A DNA stretch of 64,000 nucleotides from Octopus sinensis (Eukaryota). Below are positions 23,839-37,554 of the stretch, piece by piece. Both the position numbers and the translations under genes were made by a program. The stretch covers positions 50,592,001 through 50,656,000 of the forward strand of contig NC_043001.1 of NCBI RefSeq assembly GCF_006345805.1, in the 5' to 3' direction. The first letter of the stretch is position 1, and each line of letters opens with the position of its first letter. The notes below the pieces were generated by a model, which searched no databases, was not told where the DNA came from, and saw only the letters and a program-made list of their open reading frames with translations.

Positions 23839-24749
23839 CACATACCAACTACTCTGCCTGTATATCTGTGCACACCTTTCAATGTCATGTATGCCATTAG
23901 GTCTGCAAATCTAATGGAGGCCTCTAGAGACATTTTAAGATTCATAAAGTTCAGAACTTAACTACAGCTCTTGGTGGTCCAAATCAGATATGCAATCTAT
24001 GTGGGTGTATTTTCAATACATTGGTTTAAAAAGCCATATCAAATGCTATGATGGATCTAAGGTGAAAGAGGTGGTAAGACTCTGCATAAGGAGTAGACAA
24101 CCACCATACACACACAGGCACACACACACACACATATTAATATATACATACATATGTATACAACAGACTTCTTACAGTTTCCATCTAGCAAATCCCTCAC
24201 AAGACATTGACTGGCCAGGGACTAAGGCAGAAGGCATTTACAGGAGGTGCCATGAAGTGAGACAGAACCTCAAACCTCAAGGTAATGAAACAAACTGCTT
24301 AATCACATTTCCTAAACTGAAGGTGTTACCAAGGTGCTATTTTTTAATAATTTCATAAAATAACCGAATTAGAAAATACTAGATCAGAGTGCCCCTTCCC
24401 CAACCAAGACCCTTGTAAACCATTTGTGCAAATATAGGGAGTCGACTTCCAAGTGGTGTCTTTTATGACACTGCTGCTAATCACAGGTAATACTTGTAAA
24501 CTCAGAGACTGAAGTACTACATACAGTGCCATCTTAACCTGATAGTCACTTGTTACTTACAACCTTACCATTTAAAAAAAAAAATAGTGTATCACTGATC
24601 CTCACCCCCTCATCACACAGACTTATTTCTCAGGTAATGGCTGATAAATTATAAGTTACCCTGTTTCTTTATATGTTTTTTTCGTATATAAAATCGCTGA
24701 TAAAAAATTATATCACCTGCATACCAATAAAATACTTTAGATATGTGGT

Positions 24750-24980
24750 TGGTGAGCTGGCAGAAACGTTAGCATGCCGGGAAAAATGCTTAGCGGTATT
24801 TTGTCAGCCGTTATGTTCTGAGTTCAAATTCTGCTGAGGTCGACTTTGCCTTTCATCCTTTCGGGGTCGATAAATTAAGTACCAGTTACACACTGGTGTC
24901 AATGTAATCGACTTAATCCCTTTGTCTGTCTTTGTTTGTCCCCTCTATGTTTAGCCCCTTGTGGGCAATAAAGAAATAAT
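24750..24980 (+). mobile_element. SINE family A, full length
   Basis: ggtgagctggcagaaacgttagca head to gtgggcaataaagaaata; other copies at 41205-41415, 41672-41903(-), 43856-44097, 54915-55300(-), 56200-56425, 57640-57837. Confidence 0.9.
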
Positions 24981-27900
24981 ATATGTGAGCTATAGTTTTT
25001 TTTCCACCCCTGACACAGAGCCTTCATTGACCTGATACATATAAGTAGTTGATGTTAAGAGTTAGTTATATTCAATTTGAACTGTTGCAAAATAGGAATA
25101 TGGTAGTGCAGAAGGTAAAAAGTGAGAGAACCAAGGGGGCAAAGTGTGTAATTTGGTTTCTTGCTAGATGATGCAGACTGGGGATCAGAAAAGAATGAAA
25201 CATCAATGTACTGAGTGGGGTTTTAAAGGGCAGGGTATAGAGTTATCAAGTTCAGATAGGCAAACACAATACTCCTAATTTAGCAAACCCATGATCAAAG
25301 TTGTTCCAGCTATGAACATCCTATACCTGTTGATGGGATTTGACAGATTCAAGCAAACCTCACAAAAGCTCCCAGCAAATGTGGTGTTTTGTTTGTTTTT
25401 GTTATTTTTCTTTTGAGTGACATGTAGTTCAATTTTGAGTTTTATGCAAATTAGACAACTAATGATGGTCAGGTCAGGTACTGGGGCATGTGCTATTGCA
25501 ACATACTACTGCATCCAACAGTTATTAGTATCTGCTTGGGTCATCCTTGGCAACCCTCCAAGCAGTATCCTAGTCAGTTCCCATCTCCACAAGATACTTT
25601 CTCATCCACTGTGACTATGACATATGTGGCCAACCAACACACACCATCACCACTCCGGACATGTCCTCTAAGATGGGTATACAGGATTTAAATCAGAAAA
25701 TTGAAGGCAATGACCTGTCAAAAATGATGGTTCTGAATCATAGATGCACCAGGATGCATCCCAGTTTCCGAGAATAGTTGTTGTTTGGATGCAAAATGTG
25801 ACCAATGATAGTCCATAATCTTCTGAAGTATAGTGGTACTAATGAAATTCACGCTTTTTCTAAGGGACCTGAACAGTGTCCATATCTCACAACTGTAGAG
25901 TAAGATAGGGAAGTAAAGTGAAGGTAAAATTACTTTCTCGAGTCATGTTGACTCATAGGGGCTGGTTTGCTGGTTTTATGGCATGTAAATTCCTTGCCTG
26001 GATGGGACGCCAGTCCATCATAGGATTACACATTTTTACCAGCTGAGTGAACTAGAGCAGCATGTAGTGAAGTATTTTGCTCAAGAAAAGAACATGTTGC
26101 CCAGTCCAGGAATCAAACCACAATCTTATGATCATGAGTATAACACCCTAACCACTAAGCCATGCACCTTCATAAAGACGGGGAAGACCAAAGATCAGAA
26201 GACCAAAACCTTTGTAATCTTGCTCTAATGGCAACATGATGGTCCCATTTTAATATCTGAGAATCCCTTCACTTAAAATCCTGGCTAGGTACATGCATCA
26301 TAGTATTCTTTTTTTCTTTAGAGATAGTGTATCTAATCCAGATACTTTCAATAACTGAATCATGCTACACTTGTAGGCTGTTGATGTGTTGCAAGCTTTT
26401 GAAGTGAGTTTGAACATGTCAAGATATTTAGAAAACTTAATGCACCATACTTGTTCAGCAAAGTGCAATGTATGCACTCTATTTCAATGGAACTTGAATA
26501 CTCATGTTTTATAAGATGAAATTTCAAATTGTTTACAAAGCAGATGTGCCTTAACACCTTTAGTGCCTTATTCAATATGCCCTACATCAAAGAAGTTGAA
26601 AATCACAAGTCTAAGATTATATTATCAAATGTGTCCTTCTTATTTTTAAGATACTAAATTGGGATTTAAGAAAATTGTTATTTCTAGTAGGTCAAGTGGT
26701 CATTTAGAGATTCTTTTTTAGCTCGCATAAAGGCTCTTTCCTTTATGCCTTAGTTGATGAAAGGTTGAAGAAGGATGCAACTCAATAGTGAGCAAATGTC
26801 TTCACAGAGCTGCAGAGTAAAAGCTTCTCTGGACTTTTATTTTAGTTGCTTTTGTTATTGTTGCTTAGCTCCGGATCATCCCTGACTAAGCTGACCTGTA
26901 ATCATAAACATATTCCAACTATGACTTCTCTGCTCTTCTTTCAAGCCATATAGCCATATAATCCTCTCTAGGACTATATTGCCCACTGTGTTTTCCATTT
27001 TTCAAGACAGTAAGATGTAACTTAAAGGAGATTTGGCTGCTATTTACAGCAGATCAAGCAACTAGATGACTGATGGAGTCATGTTGTGAACCCTGTTCCA
27101 GGTATGCTATTTCTTTCTTTGTTTTATATCTCAACTTGTGAAGAAGAGCATTGTTGCTTAAAAGTTTCCAATGAGCTAATCACTGGTTCATTGCATATCT
27201 TAAGATAGGAGTGACAAATGTATGTCTAACTAGACTAAAAAAATCCCTTCTTTTCTGTATCATTATTTATTCAGAGATTGGGATAAAGGATAAAGACCCT
27301 TAAAACCCTTCTATAATTATCTGAGAAATCATCTTACAGATTTCAGCACACAGTCATGAATGACCATGGGATTGTAGCTAGAAAGTTGCCCTCTGAGGCA
27401 CAAGTCTGAGCAAGGCTGTTTATGGAAGATCACAAGTTGCCCATGTTTACCAGCCTCCCCTCTCATGCTGCTAATGTTATCCAGAGGAAAGGCAAAGGCT
27501 GATACAGTTTGGCCCCAGTGATATCACAACTCACTGCTGCAGCTGAGTAAACTAGAGCAATGTGAAATAAAGTGTCTTGCTCAAGAACACAACACACAGC
27601 CCAGTCTGGGGTTTTGAACTCACTACCTCATGATTATAAGCCCAACACTTTAACCACTGAGCCATGTGCCTTCACTATTCAGAGATACAGTCTTTCTAAA
27701 TTGATTGCCTGTGAGAGATGAATGGATGGCTGGACAGACAAACAGACAGATGGACGAGCAGATGGATGTATATGTTAAGACTTGTCTAAAGATCCTGTGC
27801 ATCCACAGTTGAAACTCAGAATGGCAAGTGACTGATTCAACCAAAATAAAAAATATTTGTTTTGAATTTTGGCACTTTTGACAAAAATAAAATGCATTCT

Positions 27901-28077
27901 TAATCTCTACTATGGTCTTGATACTTTTTTTTTCCAATAGTCAACGCTAAACAAATGGATGAACAGACATAAGTGTATCTTTTTCTTACACTCCACTGAC
28001 AGAATAATCATGATAATAATAATAATAATAATAATAATATTAATAATAATAGTAATAATAAAGTACCAGAAAGTAAG

Positions 28078-28521
28078 AAATATAAGATGTGGGACTTTAA
28101 CATTCAGACTGACAGAGTAACAGAAGCTAGAAGGCCTGATTTAGTAGTAGTAAATAAAGATAATAGAAAATACCAGATAATTGACTTTACAGTCCCAAAT
28201 GATGAAAGCATTAATATGAGAGGTGTAGAAAAAATAGCACAGAATCAGGACCTAGCCATTGAATTACATAGACTATGGAAAGTGTGGGTAAACTGTATCC
28301 CAGTAGTTATAGGTGCACAACGAACTATCCATAAAGATTTGAACTGATGGATAGACAAAATAGGCATAAAACCCAGTTCAGTACAGCTCCAGAAAACAGT
28401 GTTGTTAGGAGCAGCTAGGATACTTAGGAGGGTTCTTGGCACCTAAGGTTACTTGTTGTAGCCCAATGTTAGAAATTTTTCTTATCCAACAATCTAATCT
28501 ATTGTGTGAATAATAATAATA

Positions 28522-28576
<55 letters not shown>

Positions 28577-28580
28577 TTAT
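28078..28580 (+). mobile_element. R4/Dong-like non-LTR retrotransposon 3' end (restriction-like endonuclease) in (AAT)n
   Basis: WDFNIQTDRVTEARRPDLVVV...IIDFTVP...EK....DLAIEL.RLW....IPVVIGA...LQKTVLLGAARILRRVL*; (AAT)n on both sides. Confidence 0.88.
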
Positions 28581-29199
28581 AAAGATTGATGTAACCCTTC
28601 ATGATTACACGTAATTTCACTGCCATCAATTCATCATAGCAGACGTTCACCACCATCAATTCCCCATGAAGAAAGTTGACTGTGAGGAAAGTTTACCGAG
28701 AAAATATAACCATAGTATCTCAACATTAATTGCTAAGACCTATTTTATTGAAAATAAGAAAAAAAAACTAGAGAAAAATTGAAGTTGAAAAATTATGTCA
28801 AAAAATTTGTATGGTGGACTTTCTCTGCAATGAACTTACTGGACATGACCCTGACCCTTCATGAAATGTAAATAAACAATAATGTGTGTATGTGTGTGTG
28901 TGCGCACGTATGCATATAAGTGTATAGATAACTGTGCACTTAAAACCCTTCTATAATTATCTGAGAAATCATCTTACAGATTTCAGCACACAGTTACCTA
29001 TATATACACACAAACACAAAAAAGATATGTATACACTTTCATACTCAAGTTCATACTTGTTTAATCTTATCAGTTCTATTCATGTTTGCTGTTTATCAAT
29101 GCTACTTTTATATTTAAACCAACACTCTAACCTTTTGCCCTAGAATGGAAACTTTTCTTTGGTTATGGACAGGTGATAATATTATATCTACATAATATA

Positions 29200-29610
29200 T
29201 TATAAACATCAATGGAAATTGTAGCTGTGATACCAGTGCCGGTGGCACATAAGCAAACCATCCAAACGTGGCTGTTGCTAGCGCCACCCTGACGGGCCTT
29301 CGTGCCGGTGGCACATGAAAGGCACCATCCGATCATGGCCGTTACCCGTGTCGCCTGGCCCCCGTGCCGGTGGCACGTAAAATGCACCATCTGACCGTGG
29401 CCGTTTGCCAGCCCCGTCTGGCAACTGTGCCAGTGGCACATAAAAAGCACCCACTACACTCACGGAGTGGTTGGCGTTAGGAAGGGCATCCAGCCATAGA
29501 AACATTGCTAGATCAAACAGGGCCTGGTGCAGCCTTCTGGCTTCCCAGACCCCAGTTGAACCGTCCAACCCATGCTAGCATGGAAAGCGGACGCTAAATG
29601 ATGATGATGA
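29200..29610 (+). mobile_element. RTE LINE 3'UTR copy with ~60-bp tandem units
   Basis: Homologous to 18790-19200. Confidence 0.85.
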
Positions 29611-29699
29611 TAAAACTTGTACTTAATTTAAAATACTTGAGCAACTCTAGTGGCCTTTGAAAATTGTTTTCATTACCAGCTTATTCTTGATGTTGAGCT

Positions 29700-29905
29700 G
29701 GCTAAAACCGGCTCTGGCTTTGAGTACAAATGTCTTGTTTTTATAAGTTTGGAATTAAAATCTTCCACCAAACCTTAGTCACAATTTATGTTCCTAACAT
29801 TAGCTTAATGATAACTAAGTTATTTTACTAAATTCTTTGTTATATTTAAAATTAATTGAAAGAAACACAGAGCATTTCAAAATAAATTTGGTGACAAAGG
29901 GTTAA
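29700..29905. mobile_element. TTAA-type MITE fragment
   Basis: Ends ...gacaaagggttaa (piggyBac-like terminus); left terminus not found. Confidence 0.4.
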
Positions 29906-30175
29906 GAAGTTTACTTCATAACCATATTAAGGGTATGCTGCTCCCTTACCTTAGATCCTTGTCTCCACCTTCCATCTACCTATTGCTCAACCCACTCCTC
30001 ACCCATCACTAATAGCCCTCTCTCTTGCTCTTTCTCATCTCATCTCCCTGCCACCTATGCTGACTGCACCATCCTTGTCACTTTACTTGCTTGCCCTTTG
30101 GCAGATCTGTATATAGGAAACTGCATTAGGCCACTATCATCATCACCCCACCCCATCCAATATATATATGTATAT

Positions 30176-30475
30176 GGTGGAGGCGCAATGGCCCAGTGGT
30201 TAGGGCAGCAGACTCGCGGTTGTAGGATTGCGGTTTCGATTCCCAGACCGGGCATTGTGTGTGTTTATTGAGCGAAAACATCTAAAAGCTCCACGAGGCT
30301 CCGGCAGGGGGTGGTGATCCTTGCTGTACTCTTTCTCTCACTCTTTCTTCCGTTGGCCTGCTCGCTTAGCCAGCGGGGTGGCGTCATTCGAAGGCTAAAA
30401 CAATGCGAACGCATTGTGACCAGCGATGTGTAACAACATCTGATAGCCTGGTCGGTCACGGTGATCACGGTGATA
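30176..30475 (+). mobile_element. tRNA-derived SINE (distinct subfamily)
   Basis: A-box tggcccagtgg, B-box-like gtttcgattccc, tail cacggtgatcacggtgat. Confidence 0.75.
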
Positions 30476-30705
30476 TATGTATATTTGGATTAATTGAAAA
30501 AAATAATACTGAATTTATACAATATAATTTTTTTCAATGCGAAAATTGCTGGTCTGAGACAGGACATTTTAAAATGAGTTTTAAAAAGTTAATAAGGTCA
30601 AGGCATGGCTGTGTGGTTAAGAAGCTTACTTTGCAACTATGTAGTTTCAGGTTCAGGCCTACTGCACGACATCTTGGAATAAATGTCTTCTGATATAGTG
30701 CCAGG

Positions 30706-30861
30706 CAGGGGCAGACTGAGAGTATTAAGGGCCCTCAGGCATAACTGTTTACTAGGCCTCTTAGCATTGATATCAGTAGAGTTAATATGTAGAGTGCAAG
30801 CCTGCCAGAGCTCTGGGCCCTTGGGCAGTGCCCGATTGACTGGTGGCTCAGTCCGCCCCTG
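30706..30861. mobile_element. hAT-like MITE inserted in SINE B (30600-31180)
   Basis: TIR caggggcagactgag / ctcagtccgcccctg; imperfect 8-bp TSD gtgccagg/gccccagg. Confidence 0.75.
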
Positions 30862-30925
30862 GCCCCAGGCCAACCAGAGCCTTGTGAGTGAAATTGATAG
30901 CTAGAAACTGTGTGACAGGCCTTCA

Positions 30926-30958
<33 letters not shown>

Positions 30959-31844
30959 GAGAGTCTTTGTGCTTGTGTTTGTTCCACACTCAAGCACACA
31001 ACTCGACAACTGGTGTTGGTTTGTTTACATCCCCGTAAGTTAGCTCTTTGGTAAAAGAAACTGATAGAATAAGTACCAGACTTTAAAAAATATAAATATT
31101 AGGGTCAATCCCTTTGGCTAAAACCATTCAAGGCAGAGCACCAATACAGCAGCAGTCCAATGACTGAAACATGTAAGAGATAAGGTTGAAGGTGAAATTT
31201 ATTTTCAGGAATTCGCTAATTATTAATGGAATCTACAAAAAGATTTAAAATCGAAAACAGGCCTAGTAGTGGATGTGTGGTAAGTGGCTTGGTTACGAAC
31301 CACATGGTTCTGGGTTCAGTCCCACTGTGTGGTATTTTGGGCAAGTGTCTTCTACTATAGCCTCGGGCCAACCAAAGCCTTGTGAGTGGATTTGGCAGAC
31401 GGAAACTGAAAGAAGCCCGTCGTATATATGTATATGTATATATATGCATGTGTTTGTCCCCCCAACATCGCTTGACAACTGATGCTGGTGTGTTTACGTC
31501 CCCGTAACTTAGCGGTGCGGCAAAAGAGCCCAGTAGAATAAGTACTAGGCTTCCAAAGAATAAGTCCTGGGGTCGATTTGCTCGACTAAAGGCGGTGCTC
31601 CAGCATGGCCACAGTCAAACGACTGAAACAAGTAAAAGAGAGTAAAGAGTATTTAAGTGTATTTGTATTCGTTTTCCTTCTTGTTAGTTTCTTCTTTCTT
31701 TTCTCGTTATGTATAAGAAGTATTATTTATGAATCATTCTCAGTCTGTCATTGCTTACCAGTATTACACAGACTCTTAAAGTGGTTAAATCAATTTGTTT
31801 ATGGGACGCACACACACAGTATAAGTATCGGGACTTGTCAGTGA

Positions 31845-32016
31845 ACCATTTCTTCCGTTTGAGATGTTTGGGCCGCTAACGGCGACGTTCTTGTCATCGC
31901 TGGCACCTCGCCTTACCTAGGTGTCAAGCGATACCAGAGACGGAGTTTGGCTGTTCCAACACCTTAGCAATCGGCCGCGATTTATGCCGCGTGATTGTTG
32001 GCATGCTTCAGTAAGT
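31845..32016 (+). promoter_or_regulatory. CpG-rich putative promoter/first exon ending at a GTAAGT donor
   Basis: Non-repetitive CpG-rich patch, ETS-like CTTCCG near 31850, donor-like ca|gtaagt at 32011. Confidence 0.4.
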
Positions 32017-32170
32017 TCTGTTGAACCTTATAGTGTGCGACTAGTGGAAGCAATTGGTGTTGAATTGATATCTTTTCTTTCTTTCTTCGCTCATGTTTGT
32101 TTTCTTCGGTTTTGGATTTGTATTTTAAATTACAAATTTCATTACATATATAATACGTATGTGTATATAC

Positions 32171-32444
32171 GGATCTTTTCGGTTTGAACGGCAGCTTTTT
32201 CTAGTGGTGTCATATGAAATTGTCACCCATAATTATGACCCTAGTATCGATCTATTGCATTTCAATCTATTTTAAGGTTAGGGGTGGGGGAAGGGTATCT
32301 TCTTTTCTTCACAAATGTAAATAAACCCAATCTGTTTCTTAAACGAGGGACATATTTATACGGCACAGAATGTTGTTTACCTCAATGGACGTCAGTGATT
32401 GGTTGAAATTGAAGAAAAAATTGTCGTTCAAACCGAAAAGATCC
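32171..32444. mobile_element. Merlin-like MITE (deleted derivative of the 407-833 family)
   Basis: TIR ggatcttttcggtttgaacg / cgttcaaaccgaaaagatcc; perfect 8-bp TSD gtatatac. Confidence 0.88.
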
Positions 32445-33877
32445 GTATATACTTATTGAATACAAAAGACAAAAAAAAAATGAGAAAAAAACGTGGTTTT
32501 GTATTATATATGTATTGTATACATACGTGTTATACTTCAATAAAAATCTTTTAGATAAAGCTACAGAGAGAGTGAGGGAGGTGTGACAACAGACGGCTTG
32601 GAATTTAATGGAAATAATAAGTGTTTGAATTGCTTTCACAAGGTGACCCACTCCTTTGTATTTTGTTACAACCAATCAGTGAGTTTATACATATTATGTC
32701 TTCCTAGTTCTTATTGTATGTACGTTTTTATTTTTCTTGTTGCATGGCAAGTGAAAATATACAATAGTTACGACAGATATCTGAAGATATCTAACCCTAA
32801 TATTTAATGTAATATTTTGATGACTATCTCAAGCTTAGATTTTTTTTTTACTGACTCGGGAGCTTCTCCATGTTCGTGGGACCTATACGTTTGAAATTGA
32901 TGTCTGATTCCAATCAAGCGCAAAGCTTGGATTAAATTATATAGTTCCTGAGGCTGCTAGTCGTTCTGTGAATTTTGTATTATAATTCCATTCGCGTCTA
33001 GGTTGCTAGATGTAAGGATCTCATTAAAATTCTCCCAGCCACTTGAAGTATTTACAGTTTTCGTCAGAATATTTTTTTTAATGTATTTCTGATGCAATTT
33101 TGTATGCTGATGACAAAAATCGTATTCATTTGCTTTTCTTTTCCTATAGAACTTATTTATAAGGAAGTTAACACTTTGAATGGTTGGAGAAAATTTTAAA
33201 AGGTCTTTACATCGCTGTTAAATCAGTGGTACTCGATTTTATTATATCAACTCCAAAAGTAGGAAAGTTGAAGCTGATATTGGAGGAATTTGAATTGAGA
33301 ACATAAAAGCCGCAAGCATTTCATTAGATGCCCTTCACCAGTCCTACTTAAAGTGGTGATCCGCGAGCCATCAGCTGCCAGTACGCGGTGAGTTTCCAGA
33401 AAAGAAACATTATAGAATGCTTATACAATGCTTATGTAATATTGTATTATTTGTTTACGAAATAAATACAAGATAAAAAATTGTCAACTTTTATTATATT
33501 CATTATATATATATCGTTTCCGATATAAATTAGTATTGCTAATATTTCCTGTCTACGCCCTACACAATTTTGCAATCCACTGCTTCTTGTTAGTTTTCAG
33601 ATGAAGGAATAGTTTCACTCCACTATTTTGAAGTTTGACGTAAAGTTTTTTTGCTGTCTTGAATGATATATGTACGTGCATGTGTATGGACGCATTGAAT
33701 TATATGTACACTTCCTTTATTACTCTTTTCTGTTTTACTTGTTTCAGTCATTGGATTGCGGTTTTGGGAGGGGCACCGACTTGAAGTGTTTAGTCGAACA
33801 GATCGACTACAGTACTTAGGAAACATAAAAAAATCCGGTACTTTTTGGTTATCTCACTCCCATTAAAAAATTGGGCA

Positions 33878-34895
33878 GATCTTTAACTTTTGACCGACAG
33901 AATGTGTCATATAAAATATCTTCCACTCTTAGCGTTTTTGAGAAAAGCTTATATTTAGGAAGTTATTTCACGTTAAAGATGTAGTATTTTGGTAATTTCA
34001 ACCAATCAATGACGTGTATTCAGCTGAATAAAATTACTGCTGTTGTTTGTCAACAACTATAGGCAGTGTATTTTTCGTTTGTCACTGTAATTTATATCGT
34101 TCGTGCGTTTGTACTGGTTTTAGGGTTAGGGTTGTCATAAATAACGGTGACAAACGAAATATACACCCCCGGAAGTTCTTGTTGACAAACAACAGCAGTA
34201 ATTTTATTCAGCTGAATACACGTCATTGATTGGTTGAAATTACCGAAATACTACATCTTTAACGTGAAATAACTTCCTAAATATAAGCTTTTCTCAAAAA
34301 CGCTAAGAGTAAAAGATGTTTTTTATATGACACATTCTACTAGTGTCCAAAGTTTGAAAGTGTTTAGTTACAAAAAATTATTTTTAAAATCTGTCGGTCA
34401 AAAGGAAAAATATCGGTACCTTTGGTCATCTCCACCAACTAAAAAAATTGTTCAACCCTCAATAAAACAAAGAAAATAATAAACATGAAAACGGAAAAAA
34501 TAAAAAGGAAAACTGGGCAAGTTCTGCCCGCCCCCCTCCCAACCACCCTTTAAAAATTTTTTGGATCTTTACATTTTGACTTACAGATTTAAAAAATAAT
34601 TTTTTGTAACTAAAGACTTTCAAACTGCAGACACTGGTAGAATGTGTCACATAAAACATCTTTTACTCTTAGTGTTGTTGAGAAAATTCTGTATTTTGGA
34701 AGCTATTTTTTTGTTAAAGTTGTCGTATTTCTGTAATTTCAACCAATCAATGATATGTATTCAGCTGAATAAAATTACGGCTGTTGTTTGTCAACAACTA
34801 TTGGCGGTGTATATTTTGTTTGTCACTGTTATTCATGACATCGTTTGTGTGTTTGTACTGGTTTTAGCTTTAAGGGGTTAGGGTTAGGGCTAGGG
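33878..34895. mobile_element. Cluster of related Merlin-like MITEs; first copy is fold-back (arms 33899-34056 / 34179-34338)
   Basis: Terminal gatctt...tttgaccgacag / ctgtcggtcaaaag; second copy from 34563 ends in ttagggttagggctaggg. Confidence 0.7.
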
Positions 34896-35888
34896 TTTTA
34901 CCAAGTATTGCATTATCTTGTAGCTTTGAGATTTTGATTTTGGGATCATTTACTTTTAGTAAGACATTATAGTTTACATGTAAGAGACTGTATTTGGCTA
35001 GTTTGAACATAAAACAAATACAATATTTTGGCTGGATATGGTTGGCTTAAATGCTAAAGCATTAAAACCCTGTAAATATCCAACTAAAGTCACATCATAC
35101 AAATCTATCACTACCCTATGCCCTTCTTCAAAAATTCAAGAAAATGTCATATTACTCATTACCAATCTATGCATTCTTCCCTCCAACACTCACCATACAT
35201 TCAAACCATTGATCTTTTAAACACCACATTTCACAAATCTTATGCAAAATATCCTTCATGACTTCAGGCGAAAAAACTCATCCATTATACTCATTATCAT
35301 TGACATCAAAGCTTTTAACCTCATTTCTCACAACATACTTATACTTAAAATACTCAATACCTCTTTAAGAAACAATGCTAACTTCTTGCTAGGAAACTAT
35401 ATTTCAAGTTGATAATGCCATATATAAATATATAGAAACATCACATCCAGGAACTGTAATTTCCTGAAATTAATTTTCACATCCTCTCTCCAATTCATCT
35501 TTTTGTTTTTTTGTTTGCTTTTGATCTGCATCTACATGACCTTCCCACACCTCCACAAAACATACACTTCTTCACATGCAGATGAGATTACATTCATATC
35601 CTCCCACCATCATCTAGAACCTAGCTCCGAAACAACACAATACCTGCTCAGTCCTCCATTTCCCTTCTTACCACAAACACAAGAGAAGGTTAAATACAAT
35701 CGACCATAACATTCTATACATGTCATCTGCTAAAAATAACAGCTAAATTTCACTCAAATCACTCTTAAGTAAAAGGATACGTTAGATAATGTAGCTCTAC
35801 ACAGTCCTGAAACAAAAATGATCATAGTTGGGACATCCTATATCATTAATTTTTACAATTAGGTTGATCTGAGTTAAACAACAACATA

Positions 35889-37066
35889 AGAGGTGGTATC
35901 AAAAAGTTCCTGGACTAGTTCTGTAGTATGCCAACAGATGGCAGCACATGGTTGCAGTCGCAGTGAGAGCTAGCAGTGACCTTCATTAGCAAATGTGCTG
36001 AGGGTCATCACAGGGTTTACTTCACAAGTTTTGAAATTTTGTGTTTTTTTGTGATTACCTGTATGTTGTAGTCTGCAATTTTGTCATGGACAGGAACAAA
36101 GTGCCAGTGCAAACTTTTGTGTTAAACTTGAGAGGTCTGCTACAGAGACACTGAACAATGAGGTAATGGGTCGTACACAATGTTTCAAGTGGCATGGGCT
36201 CTTCAAAAATGGAAGAATGTCCCTCGAAGACAATGAACAATCTGGAAAACCTGCCACAAGTGTCACAACTGGAAATGTGGGATTCTGCATCAAGAATTCA
36301 TTCCCCAGGGCCAGAGTACCAATCAAGACTTCTACAGCGATATTTTGGAGAGTTTGAGAGAGGATATTCAGCTGAAGTGATGGTATCTAAGGAGAGCAAA
36401 GAATTAGATTCTTCACTGAGCATTCCTCACTCATTAATTTCTTGCCCCAAACAACGTGATATCACTTCTGAACCTACCCTATACACCAAATTTAGCACTT
36501 GCAGGCTTCCATCTCTTCCCCAAGATGAAAATGCAGCTCAAAGGTCACCGTTTAAACACCATTGTCAAGATCCAGAGTGAATTGCAGTAGGTCATTTGAT
36601 TCAGTTATGGAAAACAACTTCTTGGCCACATTCTAAAAGTGACAGGAAAACTGGGTCTGGTGCATTGCTGTACAAGGTGACTATTTCAAAGGAGATGATA
36701 TTAAAACTTACGGCTGTGTGGTAAGTAGCTTGTTTACCAACCACATGGTTCTGGGATCAGTCCCATTGCGTGACACCTTGGGCAAGTGTCTTCTACTATA
36801 GCCTCGGGTCAACCAAAGCCTTGTGAGTGGATTTGGTAGACGGAAACTGAAAGAAGCCCATCATATATATGTATATATATATGTGTGTGTATATAGGCAC
36901 AGGAGTGGCTGTGTGATAAGTAGCTTGCTAACCAACCACATGGTTCCGGGTTCAGTCCCACTGCATGGCATCTTGGGCAAGTGTCTTCTGCTATAGCCCC
37001 GGGCCGACCAATGCCTTATGAGTGGATTTGGTAGACGGAAACTGAAAGAAGCCCGTCGTATATATG

Positions 37067-37097
<31 letters not shown>

Positions 37098-37554
37098 TTA
37101 TGTGTCTGTGTCCCCCTAGCATTGCTTGACAACCGATGCTGGTGTGTTTACGTCCCCGTAACTTAGCGGTTCGGCAAAAGAGACTGATAGAATAAGTACT
37201 GGGCTTACAAAGAATAAGTCCCGGGGTCAATTTGCTCGACTAAAGGCTGTGCTCCAGCATGGCCACAGTCAAATGACTGAAACAAGTAAAAAAGTAAAAA
37301 GAGTAAAGAGTATATGTTTGTGTTTGTCCCCCCCCCCGCCAACATCGCTTGACAACCGATGGTGGTGTGTTTATGTCACCATAACTTAGTGGTTCAGCAA
37401 AAGAGACCGATAGAATAAGTGCTAGGCTTACAAAGAATAAGTCCTGGGGTCGATTTGCTCAACTAAAAGCGATGCTCCAGCAAGTAAAAAGAGTAAAAAT
37501 AGGTTATTTTTATTAAGCATAACTAGTCCTGGAACATTTTTTGATAGCATCTCG
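35889..37554 (+). mobile_element. Decayed mariner element with three nested SINE B copies (36712-37500)
   Basis: TIR ta|agaggtggtatcaaaaagttcctggactagt / actagtcctggaacattttttgatagcatctcg|ta; MGRTQCFKWHGLFKNGRMSLEDNEQSGKP and degenerate PYTPNLA..FHLFPKMKMQLKG. Confidence 0.85.

Noticed and set aside
30176-30255. tRNA gene
   Set aside because: A/B boxes are present but there is no proper cloverleaf; it is a SINE head continuing into SINE body
32817-32907. C/D box snoRNA (TGATGA...CTGA)
   Set aside because: No terminal stem and no rRNA/snRNA antisense element recognisable by eye
34876-34897. Telomere or chromosome fusion site (TTAGGG units; also ~715-733 and ~49093-49116)
   Set aside because: Only 2-4 degenerate units, mostly inside MITEs
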